NCBI GenBank assembly: GCA_963717515.1
Contig: OY970338.1
Coordinates: 916,861 to 980,860, forward strand
Origin: an uncultured Candidatus Woesearchaeota archaeon
GTDB taxonomy: Archaea; Nanobdellota; Nanobdellia; Woesearchaeales; DSVV01
Length of the DNA stretch: 64,000 nt
Direction: 5' to 3'
The translations under genes and the position numbers were made by a program. The notes beneath the pieces were generated by a model, which saw only the letters and a list, made by a program, of their open reading frames with translations, was not told the DNA's origin and searched no databases. Shown in pieces: positions 44,267-52,948 of the stretch; within the stretch, counting starts at the first letter, position 1, and the number at the start of each line of letters is the position of its first letter.

Positions 44267-44893
44267 TCATCCTGCCCTTATGAAGCTGAACCTTCCTCTT
44301 TCATGGCCCATTGGCATCCCAGGACCTGCCTGGAAATGATTCAGCCCGAGTTCTGACTGAAGCTCTCTTGCTGCCTCCAGGTCATTGTCCTGCACAGCAT
44401 CATGGAGCTGCACATAAGTGTCGAAGTTGCCTTCGTCTATCACCTGGGTCAATCTGTCCGCCATGGGAGTGCCTTCTATCGCCGAAATCCATGCATCATA
44501 GTCGTGGTCCTCCAATGCCTGTTGAACTGCCTGGTACTGCATCTGATCCTGGACAAGCATGTTGAACCTGTCCTGAGTGAACCTGGCTGACTTCGCCTGT
44601 CTCCAAGCACCATAGTCCCCTGAATCGAGCGCTGCCTGCACCTTTTCCCTCTGCTGGGCCATCTCTTGGTACTGCTCTGAACGCTGTGAGAACTCTTCAT
44701 CTGTCAAGACCTGAGAATCAGGCCTGTTGCCATTGTCCACAGCTGCCAGATATGCATCATAGTCGCCTGATTCCAACGCTTCACTGATGCCATTGTTTCC
44801 CTGCATCCACCTGCCAAAAGGCATAGCATATGCCCCGGCAACAACAATCCCTCCCAGAATAAGGGCAAGGAATCCATAAATCACTGATTTCAT
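44267..44893 (-). CDS. secreted repeat protein (four (S/D)GDYDAW-type repeats)
   Basis: Signal or anchor peptide. The repeats are ALESGDYDAYLAAV, ALDSGDYGAWRQA, ALEDHDYDAWISAI, and IDEGNFDTYVQL. Confidence 0.6.
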   Translation of the reverse strand: MKSVIYGFLALILGGIVVAGAYAMPFGRWMQGNNGISEALESGDYDAYLAAVDNGNRPDSQVLTDEEFSQRSEQYQEMAQQREKVQAALDSGDYGAWRQAKSARFTQDRFNMLVQDQMQYQAVQQALEDHDYDAWISAIEGTPMADRLTQVIDEGNFDTYVQLHDAVQDNDLEAARELQSELGLNHFQAGPGMPMGHERGRFSFIRAG

Positions 44894-45105
44894 TCTTAAC
44901 CACCTCGTTATCGAATTGCTTCAGGAAAGAACCAGGGGATATAAAAGCCCAAAGAAGCTGAAATGTACACTTCAAGTCCATTCATTTTATATGTCAGGAA
45001 TATAATCTCCCTGATGTAGAGCAGATATCCGCACAGGGCCGCATGTCATGGACTTGCGGTTCTTGAGATATATTTATATATGACATTTCCCCTGGTGATA
45101 CCAAA

Positions 45106-45792
45106 ATGGCCATGCAGCCCATATCCCATATTCCTGGTCCGGGATTCCTTCATTCTCCCGGTTTCGGATTTGAATTCGAGCTCATCTATACACTTGTGAT
45201 AATATTCTTCTGTTTTCTTGTATACTTCAGGACCAGGGAGATATATGAGCTGACCAAGTACAAAGGCATACATTACTTCCGAAACGCATTCCTCTTCTTC
45301 GGGCTTGCCTATGCTGCTAGGCTTTTCTTCCACCTCTTCCAGCTCACGACGATAGCGTTTGATTTCTTCTTACCAAGGAGGTTGATGTTTCCCCTGAGCA
45401 TAATCCCAGTCGGTTATCTAAGCACAATGGCGATATTCTACCTCGCATACAGCACATCATGGAAGAGGATGAAGTACAGGAATTTCATCATCATCGCCAA
45501 TATCGTTGCGCTTGCCATCTCAGCTATCGCATTCATGACACGTTCCCCTGAGATACTTTCACTGATACAGCTCGGGCTTCTGATAGTGACAATAATCATC
45601 GGCATAAAAGAGCACAGAAAAAAATTTTCACAGGCCCGGGCACTGTACTGGCTCATAACCATCTTCTGGCTCATCAACCTCTTCGTGCTCAGCCCGGGAT
45701 TCCATCCTTTCGAGATCAAGGCAGTGTTCCAGATAGTGTCGATAGGGGTGTTTGTCGCAATCTATTACAAAGTCAGGAAATGGGTAAAATGA
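45106..45792 (+). CDS. polytopic membrane protein, distant paralog of 259-921 and 49338-50000
   Basis: About 6-7 TM with the same length class. It is followed by an ATGA-coupled wHTH gene, exactly as in the other two cassettes. The start codon is uncertain. Confidence 0.65.
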   Translation: MAMQPISHIPGPGFLHSPGFGFEFELIYTLVIIFFCFLVYFRTREIYELTKYKGIHYFRNAFLFFGLAYAARLFFHLFQLTTIAFDFFLPRRLMFPLSIIPVGYLSTMAIFYLAYSTSWKRMKYRNFIIIANIVALAISAIAFMTRSPEILSLIQLGLLIVTIIIGIKEHRKKFSQARALYWLITIFWLINLFVLSPGFHPFEIKAVFQIVSIGVFVAIYYKVRKWVK

Positions 45793-46064
45793 CAAGGAAA
45801 AGGGACAGGCTTGAAGTCATCTATGATTTCGTGAAGATTGTGCAGGACAACAACAATTCCATCAGGCCGACTCCACTTCTCAGGAAATCAAACCTGTCAT
45901 CCCAGAGCTTTGCCGAATACCTGGGGGAGCTGGTCGAGAAGGGGTTTGTCAAGGAAGTGCCTGACCGGAAAGGGAAGAAATACATCACGCTGACAGACAA
46001 GGGGTTCCGTCTCATCGAGAGATACAGCCTGATTAAGGGATTCATCGACGAGTTCGAGCTTTGA
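45789..46064 (+). CDS. small winged-helix DNA-binding protein (HTH_45/ArsR-like), paralog of 49060-49341
   Basis: Contains MTRKRDRLEVIYDFVKIVQDNNNSIRPTPLLRKSNLSSQSFAEYLGELVEKGFV. The ATG at 45789 overlaps the upstream stop (ATGA). Confidence 0.75.
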   Translation: MTRKRDRLEVIYDFVKIVQDNNNSIRPTPLLRKSNLSSQSFAEYLGELVEKGFVKEVPDRKGKKYITLTDKGFRLIERYSLIKGFIDEFEL

Positions 46065-46088
46065 TCCCCGCTGATGCAAAGCCCATTA

Positions 46089-46337
46089 TCAGAATATCCC
46101 GGCCCCTTTGATGAGATGAACCCGGTTCTTCGTCATCTTATATATTTCCTGCAGCTCCATCGGTGAGAAATCAATTATCCCGGACGAGTCTTTTCCCCTG
46201 AAGCAGACTGAAATGGACTCATTGCCCGGCTGGAGAAAATCCTCATTTATCAGTATCTCCTTTATCTCCCCTCCAGACTCGACCCTTATCGATCCATCCT
46301 TGTTTGATTTTCTTAATTTGATATGCATCATGAGCAC
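46089..46337 (-). CDS. hypothetical protein, 82 aa
   Basis: ORF only; no motif recognised. Confidence 0.4.
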   Translation of the reverse strand: MLMMHIKLRKSNKDGSIRVESGGEIKEILINEDFLQPGNESISVCFRGKDSSGIIDFSPMELQEIYKMTKNRVHLIKGAGIF

Positions 46338-46500
46338 CCCCTGGCAAACCAGTATCTATTATGTAATAGTTACATATGCTGAAGTTTTTAAATGTTTCTT
46401 TTAAGACTCCAGCATCGACGGGATATGCACGGGAAATACTCCATTTTAGGAATCGAGGCATTATGCAGAGGCACCTTGGCATGATGTCAATATCAAAGAC

Positions 46501-46510
46501 TTTTTAAATT
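46501..46510 (+). promoter_or_regulatory. TATA box (TTTTTAAATT) for the leaderless helicase gene
   Basis: Centred about 26 nt upstream of the ATG at 46531. Confidence 0.4.
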
Positions 46511-46530
46511 CTTGAACTTTTTTTGCACAA

Positions 46531-48420
46531 ATGGAATACAAAGGATTCACATTAGACAGGTTCCAGGAAGATTCGATAAAGGCTGTGGACAACGGCCATT
46601 CTGTTGTAGTCTCAGCACCGACAGGCTCAGGAAAGACCCTGATTGCCGACTACATAATCAACAAGTACCTCAAAGAGGGCATTAGGGTCATCTACACTGC
46701 GCCGATAAAGGCACTATCCAACCAGAAATACAAGGAATTCTCTACTGATTACGGCAAAGACAGCATAGGCCTCCTCACAGGCGACATCGTCATCAACCCA
46801 GGCGCTCCGGTGCTGATAATGACGACAGAAATCTACAGGAACATGGCCCTCATCAACGATCCGATGCTCGATACTGTGAAATATGTCGTGTTCGACGAGA
46901 TCCACTTCATCAACGACATCGAGAGGGGGTATGTCTGGGAAGAGTCCATCATTTTCTCAAAAGAGCACGTGAGGTTCCTCTGCCTCTCAGCGACAATCCC
47001 CAATGCAGATGAGTTTGCCAGGTGGATAAAGAAGACCAAGAAGCATCCTGTGGAGGTTGTCAGGTATGACAAGAGGCATGTGCCCCTGTTCAGGTATTTC
47101 TATGACACAGAGCTCGGCATATGCACGCTGGAGGACATAAAAGATGTCAACGACATCCCTGAGTACCACAGGGGGAAAACGAGGAGACAGAGGATAAAGC
47201 CCCCTGATCATGTTGAGCTTGTCAGGGAGATAAAGGATAAGCTGCCGTGTTTCTTCTTCTATTTCTCAAGGATGGGCTGCCAGGATTCGGCGATTGAGCT
47301 TGCAAGGGCAAGGCTTTTCAGGATAGACCCTGCAATAGGACCTATTGTCAGGAAGAAGCTGGAGAATTCGGCGCCTGAGATAAGGAACCTGAAATCCACA
47401 AGGCTCCTTCGGGAGACACTGCCGTACGGCATCGCATTCCATCATGCAGGGCTCATCCCGCTCATAAAGGAGCTTGTCGAGGACCTGTTTTCACAAGGGC
47501 TTATCAAGGTCCTCTACACTACAGAGACATTCGCAGTGGGAATCAACATGCCTGCAAAGACTGTCGCTTTCCGCTCGCTTCGCAAGTTTGATGGCGCGAA
47601 TTTCCGGTTCCTCAATTCAAAGGAATATTTCCAGATTGCAGGAAGGGCAGGCAGGCGGGGAATAGACAAGGAAGGTTTTGTATATTCGATGATAGACAGG
47701 CGGGATTTTGACTACGCAAAGCTCAAGAAGATGACTGACAAGGATGTCGAACCAATCAGGTCGCAGTTCAGGCTCTCTGTCAACACAGTGCTGAACATTA
47801 TAATGCAGCACAGCAGCGAAGAGATAGACAGGATACTGAGGATGAATTTTTTCACATTCCAGAAAGGCTCGTACAGCGCAGTCAAGAGATCCTTTGACAG
47901 CTCAAGAAAGAAGCTCATCAGGCTGGATTACATCAGGGACGGCAGGTTGACTGAGAAGGGTGAGTTCTCCTCGAGGATCTATGCTGATGAGATAATAATA
48001 GGGGAGGTCTTCGGGACAGATTTCTATACCAGCCTCAATGAGTACCAGATGCTTCTAATCATAGCATGCCTCGCATACGAGTCCAGGGAAAAGACAAGGT
48101 TCTACAGCAGGTATCCGTCTGAATCCCTGAGCGACCTCAAGAAGAAGATTCATGCATCACCCAATATCGGCAGGGAGACACGGTTTCGGAACCTTAACAA
48201 GATTACTGCTCTCGTAGACCCGGCCTATCACGGCAAGGACATATTCGAGCTGATGAAGAACACGAACCTTGTCGAAGGCGACATAATCAGGCTCTTCCGC
48301 CAGATTCTCGACAGGCTGGCGCAGATTAGGCACGCGACAGGGGACGAGAGGCTCAAGCAGATGGCAGCAAGCTGCCAGGAAGTGATGATCGCTTCGCTTG
48401 CAGACGTAGATACGATATGA
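46531..48420 (+). CDS. Ski2/HelY-like DExH-box RNA helicase with a DSHCT-like C-terminus
   Basis: Motif I APTGSGKT, motif II FDEIH, SAT, a QIAGRAGRRG-type motif VI, and a C-terminal LVEGDIIRLFRQILDRL (DSHCT-like). Confidence 0.85.
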   Translation: MEYKGFTLDRFQEDSIKAVDNGHSVVVSAPTGSGKTLIADYIINKYLKEGIRVIYTAPIKALSNQKYKEFSTDYGKDSIGLLTGDIVINPGAPVLIMTTEIYRNMALINDPMLDTVKYVVFDEIHFINDIERGYVWEESIIFSKEHVRFLCLSATIPNADEFARWIKKTKKHPVEVVRYDKRHVPLFRYFYDTELGICTLEDIKDVNDIPEYHRGKTRRQRIKPPDHVELVREIKDKLPCFFFYFSRMGCQDSAIELARARLFRIDPAIGPIVRKKLENSAPEIRNLKSTRLLRETLPYGIAFHHAGLIPLIKELVEDLFSQGLIKVLYTTETFAVGINMPAKTVAFRSLRKFDGANFRFLNSKEYFQIAGRAGRRGIDKEGFVYSMIDRRDFDYAKLKKMTDKDVEPIRSQFRLSVNTVLNIIMQHSSEEIDRILRMNFFTFQKGSYSAVKRSFDSSRKKLIRLDYIRDGRLTEKGEFSSRIYADEIIIGEVFGTDFYTSLNEYQMLLIIACLAYESREKTRFYSRYPSESLSDLKKKIHASPNIGRETRFRNLNKITALVDPAYHGKDIFELMKNTNLVEGDIIRLFRQILDRLAQIRHATGDERLKQMAASCQEVMIASLADVDTI

Positions 48421-48431
48421 GAACAAGACCC

Positions 48432-48992
48432 TTATTTCTTGCCTTTGACTGAATCCCTTATGCTCTTGATGATGTCCATTATCATCCCTCTGAACTCATC
48501 GCCAATGTCATGCCAGCCGGGATCAGCATGTTCCCTTCCAGCCTTCTCTTTCGGTCTTCTTGTCTTGCGATACCTTGGTGTGGGTATGAAGACCTTGACA
48601 AACCCGACAATGAGAACTATGAAGAACACGAGCACTGCAAAGAAATATCTCAGGCTGATGAGCGGGTAAAGGTCTGCCCCTGTGACGCCCTGTATCATGA
48701 GAAACAGCCTGAACAGGAATATCACCAACAGGAAACCCCCTACTGCATTGAACAGGGGGTAGGGAAGGTTGAACGGGAGGAACAGGACATAGAACAGCTC
48801 TGCTATGAAAAAAAAGATGGAAAACGCGATGATGAGCCCCAGATTGCTGTTCAGGAATGAAAGAACCGCAATCACAGACTTGTTAGAGGAATTGCCGAGG
48901 AAGATGTCTGCAAGGGCAAGCATTACCAGGAACAGCAGGAACCCGCCTATGTTCGAGAGAACCACCCACAGGACGCTTTTCTTCCTTCTCAT
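48432..48992 (-). CDS. integral membrane protein with a basic C-terminal tail
   Basis: 186 aa with about 5 TM helices. Confidence 0.6.
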   Translation of the reverse strand: MRRKKSVLWVVLSNIGGFLLFLVMLALADIFLGNSSNKSVIAVLSFLNSNLGLIIAFSIFFFIAELFYVLFLPFNLPYPLFNAVGGFLLVIFLFRLFLMIQGVTGADLYPLISLRYFFAVLVFFIVLIVGFVKVFIPTPRYRKTRRPKEKAGREHADPGWHDIGDEFRGMIMDIIKSIRDSVKGKK

Positions 48993-49059
48993 CTTCGAGT
49001 AAGAATGATTGGCATGACTTGTTTAAATAATTTTCTGAAAAGAATAAATAATATCGCCA

Positions 49060-49341
49060 TCACTCATCAAGGCCGTAGCTCTCGATGAATGACCTTATGA
49101 CATCGAAATCCTCCAGATAGCTGTGCCCTTTCACAGTCAATGCATATGACCTGTTGTCCTTCTTGTCCGTCTCCTCTTCGATGAAGCCCTTGTCGATGAG
49201 GTCTGAAAGATATTCCCTGAGCATCTGCGATGAGAGGTTCGACCTGTAGAGTATGTGTGTCGGCCTCGCATTTCCACGCCTGTCCTGGACTGCTTTCAGT
49301 ATATCATGGATTATCTCAATCCTCTCCCTTTTTCTGGTCAT
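49060..49341 (-). CDS. small winged-helix DNA-binding protein (HTH_45/ArsR-like)
   Basis: Contains MTRKRERIEIIHDILKAVQDRRGNARPTHILYRSNLSSQMLREYLSDLIDKGFI. The ATG overlaps the stop of 49338-50000 (ATGA). Confidence 0.8.
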   Translation of the reverse strand: MTRKRERIEIIHDILKAVQDRRGNARPTHILYRSNLSSQMLREYLSDLIDKGFIEEETDKKDNRSYALTVKGHSYLEDFDVIRSFIESYGLDE

Positions 49342-50000
49342 TGTCTTTGCACCAGGTAAAAATTGATCAGGATGAACGCATAAGCGACAAACTCAAGCAC
49401 ATGACCAATCACATAGAACAGCTGGTGATTGACAGATATCAGGAAATGAAAGTTCCCGATAAGCAGGAATATGAATGCCAGGGCAACCAGCAATGTCTTT
49501 GCCTGCTTGTTCCTGAGGTAATTGAGGATGAAATGCCAGGATATGAAGGCAAGAAATATTGTAGATACCATGTAGAACATGTACAATGTGTCCTCATTGA
49601 AAAGAATTGCAGCAAGAGAGATTATGATGAGGAACCAGAGAAGCCTGAGCCTCCTGTCCTTGAGCGTCGCATATAGAAGGATTGACAGGCCGATCGTCAT
49701 GAACACTATATGGGTCAGGATCCCGATGTATTCAAAACCTGCGACTGATGTAAGTTTCTCGACAACAGGCATCTGCCCGTTGAGATACGTCACTATGAAA
49801 TAATTCAGGACAGACTCGATAAAATACGAAAGCGATATCAGCAGGAATGAGAACCCGAAAAGCCTTACCAGCCTCTGAGATGTCTTCTTGTAAATCCTGA
49901 ATGCAAACAGTGAGACGACTAATGATATCACTGCGAATGCCAGCTCAAAACCGGCATCATACCCATAGAACCATTCAGGCGAAAGATAGGAATATATCAT
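49338..50000 (-). CDS. polytopic membrane protein, close paralog of 259-921
   Basis: 220 aa, the same length as the 259-921 product, and collinear with it. Confidence 0.75.
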   Translation of the reverse strand: MIYSYLSPEWFYGYDAGFELAFAVISLVVSLFAFRIYKKTSQRLVRLFGFSFLLISLSYFIESVLNYFIVTYLNGQMPVVEKLTSVAGFEYIGILTHIVFMTIGLSILLYATLKDRRLRLLWFLIIISLAAILFNEDTLYMFYMVSTIFLAFISWHFILNYLRNKQAKTLLVALAFIFLLIGNFHFLISVNHQLFYVIGHVLEFVAYAFILINFYLVQRQ

Positions 50001-50167
50001 GTGACAGGGGCTTGAAAATTGATTTTTAAATTTTATGGAAGACTAATCAGATTAATCCTTCTTTTAGTATATAAATGAGCAGGGCATTCCACAACCAAGC
50101 AAAGAAGGAAGTCGACGGAACCTTCAAAGGATTCCCGAAGATTTCCTAAAAACGGAGGTGCAAAAGA

Positions 50168-50281
50168 ATGGAAAATGTGGAAAAGATCAGGAGGATGCTC
50201 GGCCTGGACATGATAGCCCAGGTCTATCCCAGCGAGGGAGATCGGACCCTGATAATAAGGAGAGAGGAGGTGGGAATATGA
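50168..50281 (+). CDS. possible micro-ORF, 37 aa
   Basis: MENVEKIRRMLGLDMIAQVYPSEGDRTLIIRREEVGI is preceded by GGAGGTG. Its stop overlaps the next ATG (ATGA). The alternative is the 109-aa track ORF from 50158, which has a low-complexity N-terminus. Confidence 0.3.
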   Translation: MENVEKIRRMLGLDMIAQVYPSEGDRTLIIRREEVGI

Positions 50282-50487
50282 GCCCGATGGATAGCATGAA
50301 GAAGATGCTGATGCTCAAGGAGATGAGGGCATCTGTCTGGGAGCAGCACAGGGAAGTGGCTGAGCTCAAGGAGCTGGAAGAAGAGATGAAAGACAACGAA
50401 CATATCATGATAGGGGATATGTTCAGGTGGCAGAAAAGCAAGCAGGGCAATTTCCTTATAATGGAAAACCAGCCCGCATCAATGTGA
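50278..50487 (+). CDS. small Met/Glu-rich protein, 69 aa
   Basis: MSPMDSMKKMLMLKEMRASVWEQHREVAELKELEEEMKDNEH.. is preceded by GGAGGTGGG. Confidence 0.45.
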   Translation: MSPMDSMKKMLMLKEMRASVWEQHREVAELKELEEEMKDNEHIMIGDMFRWQKSKQGNFLIMENQPASM

Positions 50488-50498
50488 GGTGATGGAAG

Positions 50499-50714
50499 AT
50501 GAAAGAAAAGATGGCAATGATCGGAATCATGGCAGCGCTCATCATCAGCATGATCGGCGCAGTGTATGCGCACGGCACAAGTGATGAGGATTATGGATAC
50601 GGAATGATGGACACCTACGGGATGATGGGAAGCCAGGTATATAATGATATGGACGATATGCAGAACGACATGATGACAGTGCCTGTTCCAGGCACTTGTG
50701 ATAATTTCTTTTAA
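50499..50714 (+). CDS. small secreted Met/Asp/Tyr/Gly-rich peptide, 71 aa
   Basis: Signal-like MKEKMAMIGIMAALIISMIGAVYA, then HGTSDEDYGYGMMDTYGMMGSQVYNDMDDMQNDMM. GAGGTGATGG lies upstream. Confidence 0.5.
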   Translation: MKEKMAMIGIMAALIISMIGAVYAHGTSDEDYGYGMMDTYGMMGSQVYNDMDDMQNDMMTVPVPGTCDNFF

Positions 50715-50764
50715 TACATATCAATGCAATCAAGTAAGGACTATATCCATGGGGTGAGCTGCAA

Positions 50765-51136
50765 ATGAAAATCTCAAATGATGTTGACAAGACCATTGAA
50801 GATACCAAGAAAATTGAAGAGTATTCCAATCATTATGATTTCGACAGGGTTGATGTCGAGGCAATGAAGCTTATCAATTACAAGCTCAGAGCGCAGCCAG
50901 GGCAGACTATTGACGAATTCTTTGAAAATTCAGGAGATTATCCTGACGGGGTGATATTTTTTGACATGTCTCACCTGATTTTTGACCATATCCCGACCGA
51001 TAGCTTCAAGAATATCTTACATCTGAGGCCAGAGAGCTATCAAAGATTACACAATGACCCTGGCTACAGAAACAAGATGTACGAGAAACTGATCTTTGAA
51101 ATCGCTCCACAGGCAGGAATTGTATACGGTTCCTAA
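50765..51136 (+). CDS. hypothetical protein, 123 aa
   Basis: ORF only. Confidence 0.45.
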   Translation: MKISNDVDKTIEDTKKIEEYSNHYDFDRVDVEAMKLINYKLRAQPGQTIDEFFENSGDYPDGVIFFDMSHLIFDHIPTDSFKNILHLRPESYQRLHNDPGYRNKMYEKLIFEIAPQAGIVYGS

Positions 51137-51138
51137 AA

Positions 51139-51160
51139 TTTTATAAAATATCACTGCATC
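51139..51160 (+). promoter_or_regulatory. TATA box plus conserved block (TTTTATAAAATATCACTGCATC) for a leaderless DUF362 gene
   Basis: The TATA is centred about 26 nt upstream of the ATG at 51170. The 19-mer at 51142-51160 matches 33323-33341 with 1 mismatch. Confidence 0.4.
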
Positions 51161-51169
51161 CTGCATCAG

Positions 51170-52147
51170 ATGGAACTGATTCATACAAAGGACATACTGG
51201 ATAACGAGGACCTGCTTGCAGAAGAGTTCAGAAAGACATTCTCAGAAGGCGATTCTGTCGCTGTCAAGCTCCATTACGGCGAGCTCGGAAACCCGACAAG
51301 CCTGAAGCCGATATACGCAAGGACAGTCGTTTCAGCGCTGAAAAAGGCAGGTGCAAAACCATTCCTCTTCGACAGCTCGACGATGTATGACGGGCACAGG
51401 GGAAACCCTGACAAGCACAGGGACAATGCTGAGAAGCAGGGCTTCGCAGAAGAGACAGTAGGCTGCCCGCTCGTGTTCACCGATGATATTGTCACGGTAA
51501 AGACTGAAACCCTTGATGCAGAGGTCTGCAAGCCGCTGCTCGATGCTGACGGCATGGTGGTTCTTACGCATGTCAAAGGCCACCCGTGCACAGGATTCGG
51601 CGGCGCAATCAAGAACCTCGGCATGGGAGGGCTCTCCAGCAAGACCAAGAAGGAGATCCACATGCTCGCAGGTGTAGAATACATAGGCGGATGTTCCGCG
51701 TGCGGGCTCTGTGAGACGATATGCCCGGGCAACATCAAGGTGACAGACCACCCCGAGGTGAACATGTGCCTGGGGTGCAATGTCTGCTACATGCACTGCC
51801 CGCAGGAGGCTTTCAGGATAAAGGTAAAATCGTTCGATACCCTAATCTCAGAAGGCGCTTCTGCTGTGATAAGGAACATGGAGAAGGTCTACTACATAAA
51901 TGTCATGAAAGACATAACTGAGAAATGCGACTGCCTCTCAAATCCAGGGAAGATAATCGCGCCGGATGCTGGATCCCTCCTTGGAAAAGATATCGTGGCG
52001 ATCGACCGGGCATCCCATGACATCATCATGAAAAACACCGGGAAAGACATATTCAAGGCCACCCATCATAAGTCAGCGCTTGGCCATATCAAAGAGGCTG
52101 AAAGGCTCAGCATGGGCAGCCAGAAGTATTCTCTCCAGGAGGCATGA
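51170..52147 (+). CDS. DUF362-domain protein with a 2x[4Fe-4S] ferredoxin insert
   Basis: The DUF362 N-terminus is VAVKLHYGELGNPTSLKPIYARTVVSALKKAGAKPFLFDSSTMY. There are two Cys clusters, CSACGLCETICP and CLGCNVCYMHCP. Confidence 0.8.
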   Translation: MELIHTKDILDNEDLLAEEFRKTFSEGDSVAVKLHYGELGNPTSLKPIYARTVVSALKKAGAKPFLFDSSTMYDGHRGNPDKHRDNAEKQGFAEETVGCPLVFTDDIVTVKTETLDAEVCKPLLDADGMVVLTHVKGHPCTGFGGAIKNLGMGGLSSKTKKEIHMLAGVEYIGGCSACGLCETICPGNIKVTDHPEVNMCLGCNVCYMHCPQEAFRIKVKSFDTLISEGASAVIRNMEKVYYINVMKDITEKCDCLSNPGKIIAPDAGSLLGKDIVAIDRASHDIIMKNTGKDIFKATHHKSALGHIKEAERLSMGSQKYSLQEA

Positions 52148-52148
52148 C

Positions 52149-52901
52149 ATGTTCATCGACCTCCATGCTCACCTGGACCTCATAAAAGATATCGACAAGG
52201 CTCTCAGAGATGCAGAAAAGGCAGGGGTGAGCGTCATCCTTGCCTCAGGCATCCACCCCAAGTCAAACCGCATGACCCTGGAGCTTGCAAAGAAACATGA
52301 AATGGTCAGGGCAAGTGTCGGCCTCTATCCAATCGACGCCCTCAAGACTGAGATATCTCCTGAGAGATACAGTGTCGACGTGGATGCAGAGATCAGGTTC
52401 ATCAGGGAGAACAGGGACAACATCTCTGCAATCGGAGAGATAGGGCTTGATTACAAGACAGGGAAGGACAGGAATGAACAGGAAAAACTGTTTTGCAGGA
52501 TGCTCGACCTTGCAGCAGAGCTTGACAAGCCTGTGATAATCCATTCGAGAAAAGCTGAGGCTGATGCGCTCAGCATATTGAAGGGTTATGATCTGAAGGT
52601 CATCCTGCACTGCTTCTCAGGCAAGAAAAAGCTTGTCGAGAAGGCAATCATCAGGGGATATCTTTTCACGGTGCCGACAATCATCGTCAAAAGCGAGCAG
52701 TTCCAGCACCTCGCTCATACGGCCCCCCTGAACCAGCTCTTCTGCGAGACAGACTCGCCTTTCATGAGCCCGTTTGAAGGGAAGAAGAACGAGCCTGCAT
52801 TCGTCGTCGAATCATACAAAAAGATTGCTGATATCAGGGGCTTGGACCTGACTGAAGTGAAAAACATCATCTACAGCAACTGGCAGAGAGTCTTCTTATG
52901 A
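52149..52901 (+). CDS. tatD: TatD-family metal-dependent hydrolase/DNase
   Basis: MFIDLHAHLD, GEIGLDY, the HSR motif (IIHSRKA), LHCFSG, and ETDSPF. The start is taken at 52149. Confidence 0.9.
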   Translation: MFIDLHAHLDLIKDIDKALRDAEKAGVSVILASGIHPKSNRMTLELAKKHEMVRASVGLYPIDALKTEISPERYSVDVDAEIRFIRENRDNISAIGEIGLDYKTGKDRNEQEKLFCRMLDLAAELDKPVIIHSRKAEADALSILKGYDLKVILHCFSGKKKLVEKAIIRGYLFTVPTIIVKSEQFQHLAHTAPLNQLFCETDSPFMSPFEGKKNEPAFVVESYKKIADIRGLDLTEVKNIIYSNWQRVFL

Positions 52902-52948
52902 CTGGAAAATTAAGAAAAAAGTTTATAAATGGCTGAGTCCAAGGACCA

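Noticed and set aside
50158-50487. 109-aa version of the Met-rich ORF starting at 50158
   Set aside because: The N-terminal 40 aa are low-complexity (Gly/Arg/Asp/Lys) and overlap a more protein-like 37-aa frame with its own SD. The internal ATG at 50278 has a strong GGAGGTGGG. Uncertainty remains.
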